Source: Octopus vulgaris (lineage: Eukaryota). Taken from it: a DNA stretch of 64,000 bases. The notes below the pieces were generated by a model. That model made no database searches. It saw nothing but the letters and a program-made list of their open reading frames with translations, and was not told the origin of the DNA. Location: the NCBI GenBank assembly GCA_951406725.2, contig OX597831.1, positions 73,470,001-73,534,000 on the forward strand, written 5' to 3'. A program made the position numbers and the translations under genes. Of this stretch, positions 62,668 through 64,000 are shown one piece after another. The stretch's first letter is position 1. Every line of letters starts with the position of its first letter.

Positions 62668-63059
62668 CTTTTAGCATTCAGATTACTCGGCCAAATGTAA
62701 TACTTATCTATTCACAATGCTTTTAATTAATCATGCATTATCTGGTAGCTTTGAGACTTCGAATGATGGGATTATATATTTTTTTGAATGGCATTGCAGG
62801 GCAGGTGTGAGAGGAAAGATCTTGCTAGTGTGAACATAAAACAGCTAGAATAATCAGGCTGGATATGGCTGGTTTAAACGCTAAAAGGGGTTAAACTGAC
62901 CATCTCTGGCATCTCACACCTGCCCTACAATGCCATTCAAAAATTAAACAATCACATCATTGAAATTTCAAAGCTACAAAATGATGTATGATTAATTCAA
63001 AACAATAGGAATAAATACATGTTACAGTCGACAGAGTAATCTGAACGTGAAAGGGTTAA
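62668..63059. mobile_element. two P2 MITE copies in inverted arrangement (62668-62894 and partial 62895-63059)
   Basis: Both end GGGTTAA; the second is the reverse complement of the first ~165 bp of the family. Confidence 0.7.
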
Positions 63060-63210
63060 GCTACATGTGGTACGAAAAATATAGAACAACCAGCTGTCAC
63101 TCTTGCTTCTGCTAATCGTTTCAGGTGTAGACAGAGACTGCCCCACATCTCTCGGGTGTTCCAGTATTGATCCAGCAAAACATTGAAGATGTGAATTGCT
63201 GGAGAGCGAG

Positions 63211-63263
<53 letters not shown>

Positions 63264-63449
63264 TACCAGCATCTGCTTCCCAGCTGATATCACTCACGCT
63301 CAGGAACACAACATGTTATTGAGTCCATGAACTGAACTGACAACCTTATAATCACATGCTGAACACACTGACCATTTAGGCCATGTGCCTTCACCAACAT
63401 GTGCCAGGCTGTGATTAAATACACATGACCAAAACTATCCTATTGTATA

Positions 63450-63869
63450 GGTGCAGGAGTGGCTGTGTGGTAAGTAGCTTGCTAACCAGCTAGATGGTTC
63501 TGGGTTCAGTCCCACTGCGTGGCATCTTGGGCAAGTGTCTTCTGCTATAGCCCTGGGCCGACCAATGCCTTGTGAGTGGATTTCGTAGACAGAAACTGAA
63601 AGAATCCCGTCGTATATATGTATATATATATATATATATATATGCATGCGTGTATGTGTTTGTGTGTCTGTGTTTGTCTCCCTAGCATTGCTTGACAACC
63701 GATGCTGGTATGTTTACGTCCCCGTCACTTAGCGGTTCGGCAAAAAGAGACCGATAGAATAAGTACTGGGCTTACAAAGAATAAGTCCCGAGGTCGATTT
63801 GCTTGACTAAAGGCGGTGCTCCAGCATGGCCGCAGTCAAATGACTGAAACAAGTAAAAGAGTAAAGAGA
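63450..63869 (+). mobile_element. SINE family A, full length
   Basis: All motifs present; lies between two copies of a ~56-bp local repeat. Confidence 0.92.
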
Positions 63870-64000
63870 GTATGGCTACATGTGCCAGGCTGTGATTAAA
63901 TACACATGACCAAAACTATCCTATCGTATGGCTACATGTGAGAGGTGATGTGGCAAATAACCAAGACAGTCACCAACAGCCTGTTGATACTTAATTAGAA

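Overview
AT-rich, microsatellite-saturated animal DNA, most likely intronic or intergenic. The SINE families and the (TA)n/(CA)n/(GA)n load look like an octopus (coleoid cephalopod) genome; this is inferred from recognition, not from a search. I can support no intact protein-coding gene, and nearly all ORFs in the track come from microsatellites or SINEs. The window is a mosaic of mobile DNA: about 30 copies of one tRNA-headed SINE (family A), a second SINE (family B, often in tandem), a third tRNA-headed SINE group, and an (ATG)n-tailed repeat family (C). It also holds two piggyBac-type TTAA MITE families, nested Tc1/mariner relics, Helitron derivatives, CR1 and R4/Dong LINE 3' ends, minisatellites and long palindromes. 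The best lead is a ~250-nt non-coding element sitting in a (TA)n tract at 12667-12917. It contains a complete type I hammerhead ribozyme at the end of a long rod, followed by a multi-hairpin domain. That domain's fold is conserved, with compensatory base changes, in two diverged relatives (31875-32072, 56703-56888). Five further degenerate hammerhead-like loci are scattered through the window. Together these suggest a Penelope-associated or retrozyme-like self-cleaving RNA family. All coordinates were read by eye and repeat boundaries are approximate.
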